Source: Malacoraja senta
Taxonomy: Eukaryota
Length of the DNA: 64,000 nucleotides
Assembly (NCBI GenBank): GCA_038087875.1
Contig: CM075999.1
Location: forward strand, 3,844,001-3,908,000
Reading direction: 5' to 3'
Below the pieces are notes generated by a model. The model had not been told where the DNA came from. It made no database searches and saw only the letters and a list, made by a program, of their open reading frames with translations. A program made the translations under genes and the position numbers. Of the stretch, positions 26,001 through 51,400 are shown in pieces (within the stretch, counting starts at the first letter, position 1; each line of letters opens with the position of its first letter).

Positions 26001-28834
26001 CCTGCACGTCTTTGGGATGTGGGAGAAGACTAGAGCACCAGGCAGACACACACACAGTCACAGGGAGAACGTGCAAACTCCACACAGAAAGTAGCCACAG
26101 TCAGGGTCTCTGGCACTGTACGGCAGCAACCGTACCACTGTGCCAAAAACTGGTAATATCATTGAAGAAAAATGGGGTTTGAAGAGGAAAACCACGTGCC
26201 AGCAAAATACATAGTGAATTGTGCAGCAGTGGTCCCTTCCTTCCCATTTGCTTCTTCTTCTTGCATGTGGTGTGCACAGCCTAAAGTTGTAGGTCAACTT
26301 GTACTATTTGATCTCAAGTCAAGTCACATTTATTTAGCACATTTAAAAAACAACTCTCGTTGACCAATGTGCTTTACATTTGTTATAAGAATAGTATAAG
26401 CAAACAAACTACATACATATATACATATAGCCCTCGCTCAGAGGATGTCAAGAAAGGCTTGGGAGTATAGATAAGTTTTTAGTCTTGACTTAAAGGAGTC
26501 GATGGAGGGGGCAGTTCTGATGGGAAGGGGGATGCTGTTCCACAGTCTAGGAGCTGCAACCCCTATTTGTTTGTGCACGTCGGGGTTGATTGCCTTAGTC
26601 GAAACAGGGTAGACCACGTGAAGGTTGCAATCTCCCACCCCTCCCATATGTTTGTGATACCTGGACTCAAGGTACTGGCAGATACCATCGTTGCGTCTCT
26701 GCAGAATCCTCCAGATGCACTGGAGAATAAGCAAACTAACATCAATGTCTAGAGTCAACATAATCAAAAACACAATCACGATGGAAACACTAAGCAGGTC
26801 AGGGACCATTATGTGAAAAGAGAAACAGATAAGTGTTTCCAATCCTGAGCCCAAGGTCAAGGGTGGGAAAGAAACAAAAACAAGTTAGATTTCCGGAGAC
26901 AACATGAAGATTGGACTGAGCAGAGGAGCTCCCCAAAGGGTGACCCAGTGCTGCAGCTGGTAGAGCTGCCCCCCTCTCAGCATCAAAGACACAAGTTCGA
27001 TCCTGACCTCGGGTGCTGTCTGTGTGGAGTTTGCACATTCTCCACGTGGGCTTCCTCTGGTGCTTCAATTTCCTCCCACATCCCCAAGACGTACGGGTTT
27101 GTAGGTTAATCGGCCCTCTGTAAATTGCCCCTAGTGTGTAGGGAGTGGATGAGAAAATGGGATAACATAGAATTAGTGTGAATGAGTGATCAATGGACTA
27201 GGCTTGGCGAAGGACCTGTTTCCATGCTGTATCTCTAAACATAAGACTCTCAAAGCAGCCACCCAATCTGCATTAGTTGTCTCCAGTGTAGAGGAGACCT
27301 CACTTGGAAGAAGCAAGTGAATTGTTCTTTCACTTGGAAGGACTGTTTGATCCCCTGGATGGTGGGAAAAGAAGAGATGAAAGGCCAGCTGTGGCATCTC
27401 CTGCAGCTGCTTTGGACAACGTTTTAAGATGGAGAGTGGTTGGTGGGGGTGGAAGAGCTGACCAGGGACGTTTGAAAGGAGTGATCTCTGTGAAATGTTG
27501 AAATTGTGTTTGGTGGTGGAATTTTTTTAGGTGCTGGCAGAAATTGCTAAGGATGATCTGTTGAATGTTTAGGGTGCTGAGGTGTAAGGTAAAGACTAGA
27601 GGAACTCTGTTGGAGAAACAACAAACTGCACCTGCTGCTTTACAAAAAGAATGATAAAGTGCTGAAGTAACTCCACAGGTCAGGCAGCATCTCTGGAGAA
27701 CGTGGATAGGTGACGTTTCGTGTCGGGAACCTTCTTCAGTCCAGAAACTGCAGTTATTTGTTTCTACATTTCAGAGTCTGAACCAGGGTGCGGACCCGAA
27801 ACATCACCTATCCTTGTTCTCCATAGATGCTGCCTGATCTGCTGAGTTACTCCAGCACTTTGTGTCTCTCCAGGTAGAACTCTATTCTTGCTCTGTCCAT
27901 AAGGAATATCTGGTCAAGAGCTCCATCCAAGGAGAAGCCATGATTCAATTATTCAGTGGTTCAATGGAGCTTTATTTTTGCATATTTACAAATGCGGGCA
28001 CCACCATGTTTTGGCGCCATTCCCAAAGTCCAAAGTCCGGTCCGCCCGCACTCTCGGTCCACAGGTAAGCCCCAGGCTCCTACAGGGCCTTCCTCCGTCG
28101 TCTTCGACCAGATCGGCCCGTGAACCGACGCCCCTCTCCTCTTCTGGCCAGCAGTGGTGCCTCTAATTTGGGAAGACATTTCAGGTTTCCAGTATCTGTA
28201 GATTTTTTATATGTTTTAGTCAAAAACAAAATGTTTTGGGGAAACCTATATAAATCAGTAATTACGATAGGACTGGTTGTGTTGACATTTAGAGTCCTTT
28301 GCCTGGAAGATGAGGACAAGCAGTCCTCTTTGACTGTCAGATAAATGCAAAATGCTGGAGTAACTGAGCGGGTCAGACAGCATCTCTGGAGAAAAGGAAT
28401 AGGTAAAGTTTCGGGTTGAGACCCTTCTTCAGACTGATGTCCGGGGAGTGGGCGGTACAGAGATAAAATGTAGCTGGAGACAGTAAGACTGGTAGGAAAA
28501 CTGGGAATGGGGCGGGTATGGAGAGAGAGGGAAAGCAAGGGTTACTTGAAGTTTGGGAAGTCAAATACATTAAGTACGTTTGAATACTTTATGCTTATTC
28601 ACATGTCACTGCTCTTTACATTTCTGCCTCAGGAGATGACTCCTGAAAAAACAACTTAATTTTAAATAGTGCCTTGGCATGGGAGATTGTCACGTGGCAT
28701 GACACGTGATGTAATCACAAAGATCAGCAGCCAAGCCAAAGGGAGGGTGACTGAGAACAGACAAAGGTTTCATATGACTCTCACCTGTCAACTCATGATC
28801 AGGCACAAGGCTTTCCTCATGACCTTTTATGCTC
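23055..28834 (+). repeat. Tandem segmental duplication, ~2.89 kb (23055-25947 and 25948-28834)
   Basis: Both copies start atttattccctacacactcgggg and end gaccttttatgctc. They are colinear, and the ORF track is duplicated with few substitutions. Confidence 0.95.
23425..23672 (-). mobile_element. L2-type LINE 3' fragment (second copy ~26315-26565)
   Basis: The - strand translation AAPRLWNSIPLPIRTAPSIDSFKSRLKTYLYSQAF is typical of an L2 ORF2 C-terminus. Confidence 0.7.
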
Positions 28835-29125
28835 CGCAAATGTTTGCTGTGTTTCCACTCACATGCTCCAATGCAGTCCGAGACCTGCAGCAAGAATGCA
28901 TGACTCATAGTGAACCAAAACAGACAAAATGGTTGGCTGAAGTTTCACTCCCAGGGAATATTTTAAAGGTATATTTCATTCATGTTTGTATTTCTTTCAT
29001 TTCTCTCATTCTGGGTTAAGGTTTATTATTGTCATATGACCAAGGTACAGTGAAAAGCTTTGTTTTGCATGCTATCCACGCAGATCAGATTATACTATCC
29101 ATAATTACCATCGTCAAACCCACGT

Positions 29126-29480
29126 GACTGGGTGATCGTTTCGCTGAATACCTTCGCTCAGCCCGCCTGGACCTACCTGAACTCCCGGTTGCCAAACACT
29201 TTAATTCCCCTTCCTAGGCCTCCTCCATCGTCAGAGTGAGGCTACTTGCAAATTGGAGGAACAGCATCTCATATTTCACTTGGGCAGCTTACAACCCAGT
29301 GGTATGAATATTGATTTCTCCAACTTCAAGTAACCCCTGCAATCCCTCTCTCCATCCCTCCCCCACCCAAGTCGCACCAGCTTCTCGTTTTCACCTAGCA
29401 AACAGCTAACAATGTCCTGTTTCCTTTATCATCACTTTTTTTGCATATCTTCCTATATCTCTCTACATCACTGTCTATAT
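29126..29480 (+). mobile_element. Penelope-like element 3' fragment (GIY-YIG end), interrupted by CR1; resumes at 32699-32800
   Basis: Translation LGDRFAEYLRSARLDLPELPVAKHFNS. The terminal repeat continues after the LINE. Confidence 0.75.
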
Positions 29481-32400
29481 ACATAGATACATAGAAAATA
29501 GGTGCAGGAGTAGGCCATTCGAGCCTGCACCGCCATTCAATATGATCATGGCTGATCATCCAACTCAGTATCCCGTACCTGCCTTCTCTTCATACCCCCT
29601 GATCCCTTTAGCCACAAGGGCCACATCTAACTCCCTCTTAAATATAGCCAATGAACTGGCCTCAACTACCCTCTGTGGCAGAGAGTTCCAGAGATTCACC
29701 ACTCTCTGTGTGAAAACGTTTTTTCTCATCTCGGTCTTAAAGGATTTCCCCCTTATCCTTAAGCTGTGACCCCTTGTCCTGGACTTCCCCAACATCGGGA
29801 ACAATCTTCCTGCATCTAGCCTGTCCAACCCCATAAGAATTTTGTACGTTTCTATAAGATCCCCTCTCAATCTCCTAAATTCTAGCGAGTATAAGCCAAG
29901 TCTATCCAGTCTTTCTTCATATGAAAGTCCTGACATCCCAGGAATCAGTCTGGTGAACATTCTCTGCACTCCCTCTATGGCTATAATATCCTTCCTCAGA
30001 TTTGGAGACCAAAACTGTACGCAATACTCCAGGTGTGGTCTCACCAAGACCCTGTACAACTGCAGTAGAACCTCCCTGCTCCTATACTCAAATCCTTTTG
30101 CTATGAAAGCTAACATACCATTCGCTTTCTTCACTGCCTGCTGCACCTGCATGCCTACTTTCAATGACTGGTGTACCATGACACCCAGGTCTCGCTGCAT
30201 CTCCCCTTTTCCTAATCGGCCACCATCTAGATAATAGTCTGCTTTCCTGTTTTTGCCACCAAAGTGGATAACCTCACATTTATCCACATTATACTGCATT
30301 TGCCCACTCACCCAGCCTATCCAAGTCACCTTGCAGTCTCCTAGCATCCTCCTCACAGCTAACACTGCCCCCCAGCTTAGTGTCATCTGCAAACTTGGAG
30401 ATGTTGCCTTCAATTCCCTCATCCAGTTCATTAATATAAATTGTAAATAGCTGGGGTCCCAGCACTGAGCCTTGCGGTACCCCACTAGTCACTGCCTGCC
30501 ATTGTGAAAAGAACCCGTTTACTCCTACTCTTTGCTTCCTGTTTGCCAGCCAGTTCTCTATCCACATCAATACTGAACCCCCAATACCATGTGCTTTAAG
30601 TTTGTATGCTAATCTCTTATGTGGGACCTTGTCGAAAGCCTTCTGAAAGTCCAGATACAACACATCCACTGGTTCTCCCTTATCCACTCTACTAGTTACA
30701 TCCTCGAAAAATTCTATAAGATTCGTCAGACATGATTTACCTTTCGTAAATCCATGCTGACTTTGTCCAATGATTTCACCACTTTCCAAATGTGCTGCTA
30801 ACCCATCTTTAATAACTGACTCTAGCAGTTTCCCCACTACCGATGTTAGACTAACTGGTCTGTAATTCCCTGTTTTCTCTCTCCCTCCCTTCTTAAAAAG
30901 TGGGGTTACGTTTGCTACCCTCCAATCCTCAGGAACTACTCCAGAATCTAAAGAGTTTTGAAAAATTATCACTAATGCATCCACTATTTCTGGAGCTACT
31001 TCCTTAAGTACTCTGGGATGCAGCCTATCTGGCCCTGGTGATTTATCGGCCTTTAATCCATTCAATTTACCCAACACCACTTCCCGACTAACCTGGATTT
31101 CACTCAGTTCCTCTATCTCCTTTGACCCGCGGTCCCCTGCTATTTCCGGCAGATTATTTATGTCTTCCTTAGTGAAGACGGAACCAAAGTAGTTATTCAA
31201 TTGGTCCGCCATATCCTTGTTCCCCATGATCAATTCACCTGTTTCTGACTGCAAGGGACCTACATTTGTTTTAACTAATCTCTTTCTCTTCACATATCTA
31301 TAAAAACTTTTGCAGTCAGTTTTTATGTTCCCTGCCAGTTTTCTTTCATAATCTATTTTCCCTTTCCTAATTAAGCCCTTTGTCCTCCTCCGCTGGTCTC
31401 TGAATTTCTCCCAGTCCTCTGGTATGCTGCTTTTTCTGGCTAATTTGTACGCATCATCTTTTGCTTTGATACCATCCCTGATTTCCCTTGTTATCCACGG
31501 ATGCACTACCTTCCCTGATTTATTCTTTTGCCAAACTGGGATGAACAATTTTTGTAGTTCATCCATGCAGTCTTTAAAAGCCTTCCATTGCATATCCACC
31601 GTCAACCCTTTTAGAACTAATTGGCAGTCAATCTTGGCCAATTCACGTCTCATACCCTCAAAGTTACCTTTCTTTAAGTTCAGAACCGTTGTTTCTGAAT
31701 TAACAATGTCACTCTCCATCCTAATGAAGAACTCAACCATATTATGGTCACTCTTGCCCAAGGGGGCACGCACAACAAGACTGCTAACTAACCGTTCCTC
31801 ATTACTCAATACCCAGTCTAGAATAGCCTGCTCTCTCGTTGGTTCCTCTACATGTTGGTTTAGATAACTATCCCGCATACATTCCAAGAAATCCTCTTCC
31901 TCAGCACCCCTGCCAATTGGATTCACCCAATCTATATGTAGATTGAAGTCACCCATTATAACTGTTTTGCCTTTGTTGCACGCATTTCTAATTTCCTGTT
32001 CGATGCCATCCCCAACTTCACTACTACTGCTAGGTGGCCTGTACACAACACCCACCAGCGTTTTCTGCCCCTTAGTGTTTCGCAGCTCTACCCATACCGA
32101 TTCCACATCCTCCAAGCTAATGTCCTTCCTTTCCACTGCGTTAATCTCCTCTCTAACCAGCAACGCTACCCCACCTCCTTTTCCTTTCTCTCTATCCCTC
32201 CTGAATATTGAATATCCCTGGATGTTCAGCTCCCAGCCTTGGTCACCCTGGAGCCATGTCTCCGTGATCCCGACTATATCATAATCATTAATAGCTATCT
32301 GCACGTTCAACTCATCCACCTTATTACGAATGCTCCTTGCATTGAGACACAAAGCCTTCAGGCTTGTTTTTACAACGCTCTTACCCCTTATACAATTATG

Positions 32401-32698
32401 TTGAAAAGTGGCCCTTTTTGATTTTTGCCCTGGATTTGTCTGCCTGCCACTTTTACTTTTCACCTTGCTACCTATTGCTTCCGCCCGCATTTTACACCCC
32501 TCTGTTTCTCTGCTCACCCATTTAAGAACCCCACTACCTCTTATTCTGTTTATTATTGTTTTCTTCTTTCCCCCCTACATGTTGGGTCTGAGTGCTTTCC
32601 TTCTCTGCCTCCTGCCTCACACACTGTCTAATAGCTTTCTCTATTTGAGTCCCTCCCCCCAACCATTCTAGTTTAAAGTCTCCCCAGTAGCCTTTGCA
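29481..32698 (-). mobile_element. CR1 (HER1-like) LINE: end of ORF1, complete APE endonuclease + RT ORF2 with one frameshift, and 3' tail
   Basis: ORFs 30289-32517 ([35 protein letters not shown]) and 29565-30485 (RT C-terminus). ORF1 end AKATGETLN* at ~32669-32698. Tail ctatgtat at ~29481-29495. Confidence 0.95.
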
Positions 32699-33269
32699 GA
32701 TCTCCCCTCTCTCATTTTCCTTTCCCCTGACTAGCCTGAAGAAGTGTCTCAACCCGAAATGTCACCCATTTCTTCTCTCCAGAGATGCTGCCTGTCCCAT
32801 CTTAACCCATGGATCATATCTGCATTTTGTTTATATAACCCTCTGTCATGTATCTGAGAATGGAAAACACTGGGAGCATTATTTTGCTTCAATGCAAATT
32901 ATATTAGAACCTTTGTGTCCAGTGCTTTAGTGTTATAAATATTTTAGCTGATGATCAGCAAAATGTGATCTCACCCTCAGTGTAAAGTGTTTTTAAAGTT
33001 TCCCTGTTATGTTACTTTATTGTAAGTTCTTGTCACCCTGAGCTTTTCCAGAAGTAAACAGGATTTTCAGCATATTACAAAATAACGTTAAGATGGTCCA
33101 CTTTAATCTGCAGTTTTGCATCACATGCTGACATGAAGGGATTGAACAGACACTAACATTATTATATTTGCTACTGTAGACAAATGGTAACTGTAAACTG
33201 TACTTTGCAAATCAATATTGAACAATTGCAATAATCCAAAAATGATGCATAATTTTGAATCTTAGAGAC

Positions 33270-33905
33270 CTCATCTACTGGATTCAGTGCTCCTGATGTG
33301 GCCTCCGTTATATCAGCAAGACCAAGCATACGCTATTCGACTGTTTCACCGAACACATGCTCGGTCCGCCAAGGCCTGCTGGATCTCCCAGTTGCTAATC
33401 ATTTTAACTTCCCTTCCCATTCTAATCTTTCTGCCCTGGGTCTCCTCCCTTGCCAGAGGAGGCCACATGCAAACTGGAGGAAGCATATTCCACTTGGGTA
33501 GCTTACAACTCAACAGTAGGAACATAGAATTCTCCGATTGTAGGTAACTAACCTACAACCAACCCCCTCCCTTTTTATCCACCTCTTTTTCCTGTGCCCA
33601 ACCTGGATGTAATCTGTGCTATGTTCTCCCTTTTCCCTTCCCCCCATCCCGTTCCACCCATATTCCTTCCTCCGGCTTCACATTTCGTGACGCTTCTTTC
33701 TTTATCTCACTTTTTTTCTATTCATCTCTGACCTTTGTCCAACTATCTGCCAATCAATACCCCTACACCTGTACAGCCGAACACTTGCCAGATTTTGTCC
33801 CCATCCCCTCTCCTCCAGCTTTTTTCCCCCTACTAAAATCAGACTGAAGAAGAGTCCCGACCCAAGATGTCGCCTGATCCGCTGACTTACTACAGCACTT
33901 TGCGT
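33270..33905 (+). mobile_element. Penelope-like element 3' fragment, degenerate
   Basis: GIY-YIG remnants (...SVRQGLLDLPVANHFNFPSH) followed by the terminal repeat. Confidence 0.7.
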
Positions 33906-34807
33906 TTTGGTGAGCAAGGATCAGAACTTTGTGTACACAGGATTTTCTGACACTGAATGAAGTGTCATCAATGGATTACCCTAGAGATCTAGAATGCAAT
34001 TACTTCTTCCTCAGTTCGTAATAAAGGGATTTAAGCTTTGAGCTTCCTCATTTACACTGATGACTTTAGTTTGATATTCCAGTCAGAGACATGAATTCCC
34101 TGCTGATTTCTTGTAAGTTTTATACTCTCCCCCAGATATCTTTCTGTGTTTATTCTAACATTTCATAATTTTAGGCCCCTGAAGTACTTTTCATGTTTCA
34201 GATGCAATAATGATGCAGGATAATGGAGATTTTCTACCTTGAAAGGAAAAATTAAAAAGTTAAATATTACTTAAATGGAGTTAGAGTACTTAATGAGATA
34301 CAAGGAACTGCAGATACTTGTTCCAAAACCAGCATCAGAAGATGATTGGGGTTGATTTCTGTGGCCTAGCATTGATTGTGGCCTGACACTGCTCAAGTCC
34401 CAAGGATGCAAGGTTGGAGAACTTTAAACTGTAGCATGTCTTTGGGATGTGGGAGGATTTGTTACAACTTTGCAGGACACTTTGCGACATTCGCAGTACT
34501 GCCTGCAGTTTTAGTCCCCTCGTTTAATGAAGTAGATCTTTGCTTTGGAGATCATGGAGTTATACAGCATGGAAACAGGCCCTTTGGCCGAGTTTAGCAG
34601 AGAAGGCTCACTAATTCAATTCTTGCAACAAAATGACACAAAGTGCTGGAATAACTCAGCAGGTCAGGCAGCATCTCTGGAGAACATACTGTAGATAGAT
34701 GACGTTTCGGGTCAAGACCCTTTTTCAGAATGATTAAGTTGAGGTTGGGGTCTACTTTCATTGGAGTTTACAAGAATGAGAGGTGAATTAGGTAGGGTTC
34801 TGAGTGA

Positions 34808-35680
34808 GACAATAGACAATAGGTGCAGGAGTAGGCCATTCGGCCCTTCGAGCCAACACCGCCATTCACTGTGATCACGGCTGATCATCCACAATCAGTA
34901 CCCCGTTCCTGCCTTCCCCCCATATCCCTTGACTCTGCTATCTTTAAGAGCTCTATTTAACTCTTGAAAGCATCAAGAAAATTGGCCTCCACTGCCTTCT
35001 GAGGCAGAGAATTCCACAGATTCACAACTCTTGGTGAAAAAGTTTCTCCTCATCTCTGTTCTAAATGACCTACCCCTTATTCTTAAACTGTGGCCCCTGG
35101 TTCTGGACTCCCCCAACATCAGGAATATGTTTCCTGCCTCTAGCATGTCCAATCCCTTAATAATCTTACATGTTTCAATAAGATCCCCTCTCATCCTAAA
35201 TTCCAGTGTATACAAGCCCAGCCGCTCCATTCTCTCAACATAGGACAGTCCCGCCATCCGGGAATTAACCTCGTGAACTGGCACGGCACCCCCCCCCCCC
35301 CCCCCAACAACAAGAATGTCCTTCCTCAAATTTGGAGACCAAAATTGCACACAATACTCCAGGTGTTGACACCTGGAGTAGGGCCTGTACAAATGCAGAA
35401 AGACCTCTTTGTTCCTCTCAACTCCTCTTGTTATGAAGGCCAACATGCTATTAGCTTTCTTCACTGCCTGCTGTACCTGCATGCTTATTTTCAGTGACTG
35501 ATGAACAATGACACCCAGATCTCGTTGTACTTTCACTTTTCCTAACTTGACACCATTCAGATAATAATCTGCCTTTCTGTTTTTGCCACCAAAGTGGATA
35601 ACCTCACATTTATCCACATTAAACTACATCTGCCATGCATCTACCCACTCACCCAACCTGTCCAAGTCATCCTGCATCCT
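34808..35680 (-). mobile_element. CR1 LINE 3' fragment
   Basis: ORF 34973-35617 is homologous to the RT C-terminus of the CR1 at 29.5-32.7 kb and carries the 3' tail. Confidence 0.9.
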
Positions 35681-36470
35681 CATGGGGAGAGAGCGCAACC
35701 CTGCCTGACTCCAGACCTGACGGGGAAGCTGTCTGATTCCACCCATTGATTTGGACTGCACTACAGATATCAGTGGAGAGCAGTTGGATCCAATTTCTGA
35801 TTCCCTCCCCAAAGCCCAATTTGGAGAGCACGTTCCTCATGTACATAGAAACATAGCAAATAGGTGCAGGAGGAGGCCATTCGGCCCTTCGAGCCAGCAT
35901 CGCCATTCATTGTGATCCAGGCTGATCGTCCCCAATCAATAACCCGTGCCTGCCTTCTCCCCATATCCCTTGATTCCACTAGCCCCTAGAGCTCTATCTA
36001 ACTCTCTCTTAAATCCATTCAGTGACTTGGCCTCCAATGCCCTCTGTGGCAGGGAATTCCACAAATTCACAATTCTCTGGGTGAAAAGTTTTTTCTCACC
36101 TCAGAAAAAGGCCTCCCCTTTATTTTAAGACTGTAGCCCCTGGTTCTGGACTCGCCCAACATTGGGAACATTTTTCCTGCATCTAGCTTGTCCAGTCCTT
36201 TTATAATTGTTTATGTTTCTCCGTGTGCGATATCCTGTGGAAGTCCTTCTCCTGGTCCAAGCTGACTAGGCAGGCATCTACCCGTCTGTCCTGCACGTAG
36301 GCAATGGTATCTCAGACTCACTCAGCAGCGCCAGGCTGTCTGAGATTTTCCTGCCAGGTACAGCACAGGTTTGGTCCGGGTGGATCACCTGTCCCAGAGC
36401 AGACTTGACCCGGTTGGCGATGGCCTTAGACAGGATCTTGTCCAGCCCTGTGTGTGTGTCCTTCGCTGTC
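35681..36470 (-). mobile_element. Tx1/L1-clade RT fragment, split by a CR1 3' fragment (~35843-36220)
   Basis: KILSKAIANRVKSALGQVIHPDQTCAVPGRKISDSLALL...SLDQEK...RISHT|YMRNVLSKLGFGEGIRNWIQLL...SGVRQGCALSP. Confidence 0.8.
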
Positions 36471-36877
36471 AGCCAGTCCCTGGTGTCCAAAGATACAACA
36501 GCAAGATCTTTGGTCCCTGGTGTCTGCGAGCTTTTAAAGACCTCTGTTCGTGACACTGCACGGTGACGTGCGCTGGCGAGGCCGCGGGCTGTAAATAGGC
36601 GGCGAGGGGAGCGGGAGGAGCGGCAGTGGCGTTTCGGCGCCGGCAACAACAGCAGCAGCGGGAGCGGACAACCGGCGTCTCCATCTCCTCACCAAATGGC
36701 GGCCGTGCCGAGCCTCACCTCCTGCACCAAGATGGCGGCGGCCACCCGCCCGCAAGCCGCGCTCCCATTTGTCGGCGCGCCGCTGTGACGCGCCTTCTAG
36801 TGGGTTCCATGCGGCGGGAGGGCTGAGGCGCGTGCGCACTGACCCCCTGTCCCGTCCCGCTCGGTGCCGCCGCCGCC

Positions 36878-48418
<11,541 letters not shown>

Positions 48419-51400
48419 AGCAGTGGAATGGCATCCATTTTCAGCTTCCATTTGTGCTTCTTTCTTTCTTTTTTTTTCTCTCTTGGGTTGGGGAGGGGGG
48501 GGGGGGGGTCTTGTAGATGTTAAGAGAAGGTGGGTACTGTTTTATGACTACAAGAAAATCTAGCGTGAAAGACTAATTTGTTGATGGTGCTTGAAAGATT
48601 TCAGCCACGATTTTAAACCGAATGGTGCAGTAACTACAACTAGTTAATTAAAGTCCCGTTAACATTGATATTATTCATTAGTTCATTCACATTTTTGCTT
48701 TTAGGCAAATTTAGAGTTTGATCTATGATTATGCTGTGTTACTGTTAAAAAAAAATTTATAAAGCAGTGCCCTCTATACTGTGCAACGAAACATACTAAA
48801 TTGTTTTTGCAGTTAATATTCAATTGGATTAATAAGACTGCTGGTACAAATCAAACTCTGTGAATTCGAAATTTGTAAAGGCTGTTAACAAGTCACGAAC
48901 AGTGCTGTATTCATTAACATAATGAGAATTTTATTATATCTTTCAGTTTGTTGCCTGAAGTTCAATTTCAGGAATCACTTTGCTTGACTGATCACTTTAA
49001 GCACAATCAGAAAGTTCCAGCAATTTGCTGTCCAGACTCTTGTTCCGTTTGTGTGCATTGATGCAATGCAGTGATCGGGCATGCTTCCTGTAATATTGAT
49101 TTGTGTATTTTGCATGACTGCTTTGTTTCATTCTTGGCTGTAAAGATAATTTGCTAACATTGTTGCAGAAACTACATTTATTTGAATGTAAGAAAAATAC
49201 AGAAACTGGAGAATTTAGGCTTACTGAACAGCTGAGAAAGTGATCAAAAAACTTATTTTCTTTCATGTAGAAGCTTGTAAAAAAAGGGATTTTTATACTG
49301 TCTTTTTAATAAAAGCCGTTTGTAACAGTTCATCTATAGTATAAAAGTTTTCAGTTAAGCTTTAAGATACCAAGTTGTGTAGCTTTGTGCATGGATAGAA
49401 AGATGTGACATTTTAAATGGTATTGATCATTCAGGGCGTTGTTGCTTTGAAGTACAAGTAACAGTCGTATAATCTAAAGAATTCGCATTTGGGGCCCGAG
49501 AAGTCACATTTTACCCATTCACATTGGGAGAAACAAAACTGGGTGAAATTTGGCGTAAGTGGCCTGATCAGCTGCCGTAACTTGCAGATGGATCAAGTCG
49601 GGGCTCTACAACTACAAGTTGCTGGTTATCCTGTCAATTTGTGCCACTTTAGGGATTCAGACTGCCTTGCCTTTTGAGGCCTGGTTTGTTTCCTGTCTTG
49701 ACTTAACCAGATTTTTGTGCTTGTGAAGGCCACAAATACAGGCTATGCTTTTCATTACTTTTTTAGAGTTTGGTTTAAGATATGCAGTACAAAAACTCTC
49801 CTTGCAAACTTAGCACAGGTTCAGAATTGAAGCTAACGACATCTTGAGTTTTGGGGACAACTTGTGTAAGTTGTACTCATTCTTTTTGTTCATAGCTGAC
49901 TGTAACTTCATTTGTAAATAAACCTCTGCTGTATAATAAAGCACCTGCAGGATCTGTTTCTTTTTTCCTCCTTTGCTGCAGCATGTTATTGCTTGTGCAG
50001 CTTAAGGCACCTAGCCGATGGAGCCTATACCAGCTCTTATCAGGACTAGTTTATTTTCTCCCAATTACATATTAGATAATTTATCTTCCACATTGTTATT
50101 CACTATCCATAATATCATCTGGTCAATGTATTTCCTGTCACAAATTTCCTATGCATGATGTCTGCTAATCTTTGTTATTATTCTGTTCTAATGCTGTTCA
50201 CTGTTCAGACAACCCCTTTCATAACCACCTCACTTTCTTTCAAGGTGAATAATCCCAAATTTCTACATTTAAATACAGTGGCGTAGGAAAGTGGTGATGC
50301 TCAATTGGAACTATTCTATAATGTTCACAGCAGGAATAGGTAAGACATCCCAGAAGTTGCTATCGGGGTTTAATATAAAGAGACTGCAGATGCATTGCGT
50401 CTTGTTGCTGTTACAAAACCATGAACTTGCAGTTTTCTAGATTGGATCCCATTTGCGACTTTGTCATCTAACCAATATTATCACTAAGAACCACCAAGTC
50501 TGTGCAGGAGTGATAATTAAGAATACAGAACAAAAAGCAGGTGGTCTAGTAAAAGCCACATTGAACCCTGCACCAAATGTCTTAAGTACTCACACTTTAC
50601 TACCTTATCATGAAGCTTTCAGCTCCTTAAATTCCATAGCGTACATCAAATACCTTGCCTGTATCAGAAATCTTACTTCCAAATATCAGCGTGCATGACC
50701 TTCCCATGCTGACAGCCATAGAATCGTAGTGTGATAGTGTGGAAACAGGCCCTTTGGTCCAACATGTCCCACCAGCCTGTGTTTGGTCCATATCCTTCCA
50801 AACCTGTCTTATCCATGTACCTGTCTAACTATTTCTTAAAAGTTGGGACAGTGCCTGCTTCAACTACTTCCTCTGGCAGCTTGTTCCATACACCCACCAC
50901 CCTTTGTGTTAGTCCTGTTAGTTATATCATCCTTTAATTTTCCCATTCCCAGAGTTAAACTGACTTTAATTTACAACTTTAACCTTTCACTCCCTTTCTG
51001 AAGAACCCAGCAACATTAGTTAAGTATTTCCCCGCTTGTATGACTTTAATCTTTGTTAAACACCTGTTTCCTAAGAATACTGCAAAGTCTGGGTTTGCTA
51101 TTTCCTCCTATGTCTGACCATTTCCTAAGAACTCTAACATTAATTGAACCCACTACTTTCTCACATTAATAATATATACATATTTTCCTCAACATTCCTT
51201 CTGGTTATGTAGTAGCCAATGTATAATTCCTCTCCAGTTTAAACCCACAAATTAACAATCTGAAAGTCCAGGAATTTCAGTTCATTCATTATCTTTATGG
51301 GGGGCTACCGGAATCAAGGGATACGGGGAGAAGGCATGATTACAATGAATGGTGGTGCTGGCTCGAAGGGCCAAATGGCCTCCTGCATCTATTTTCTATT

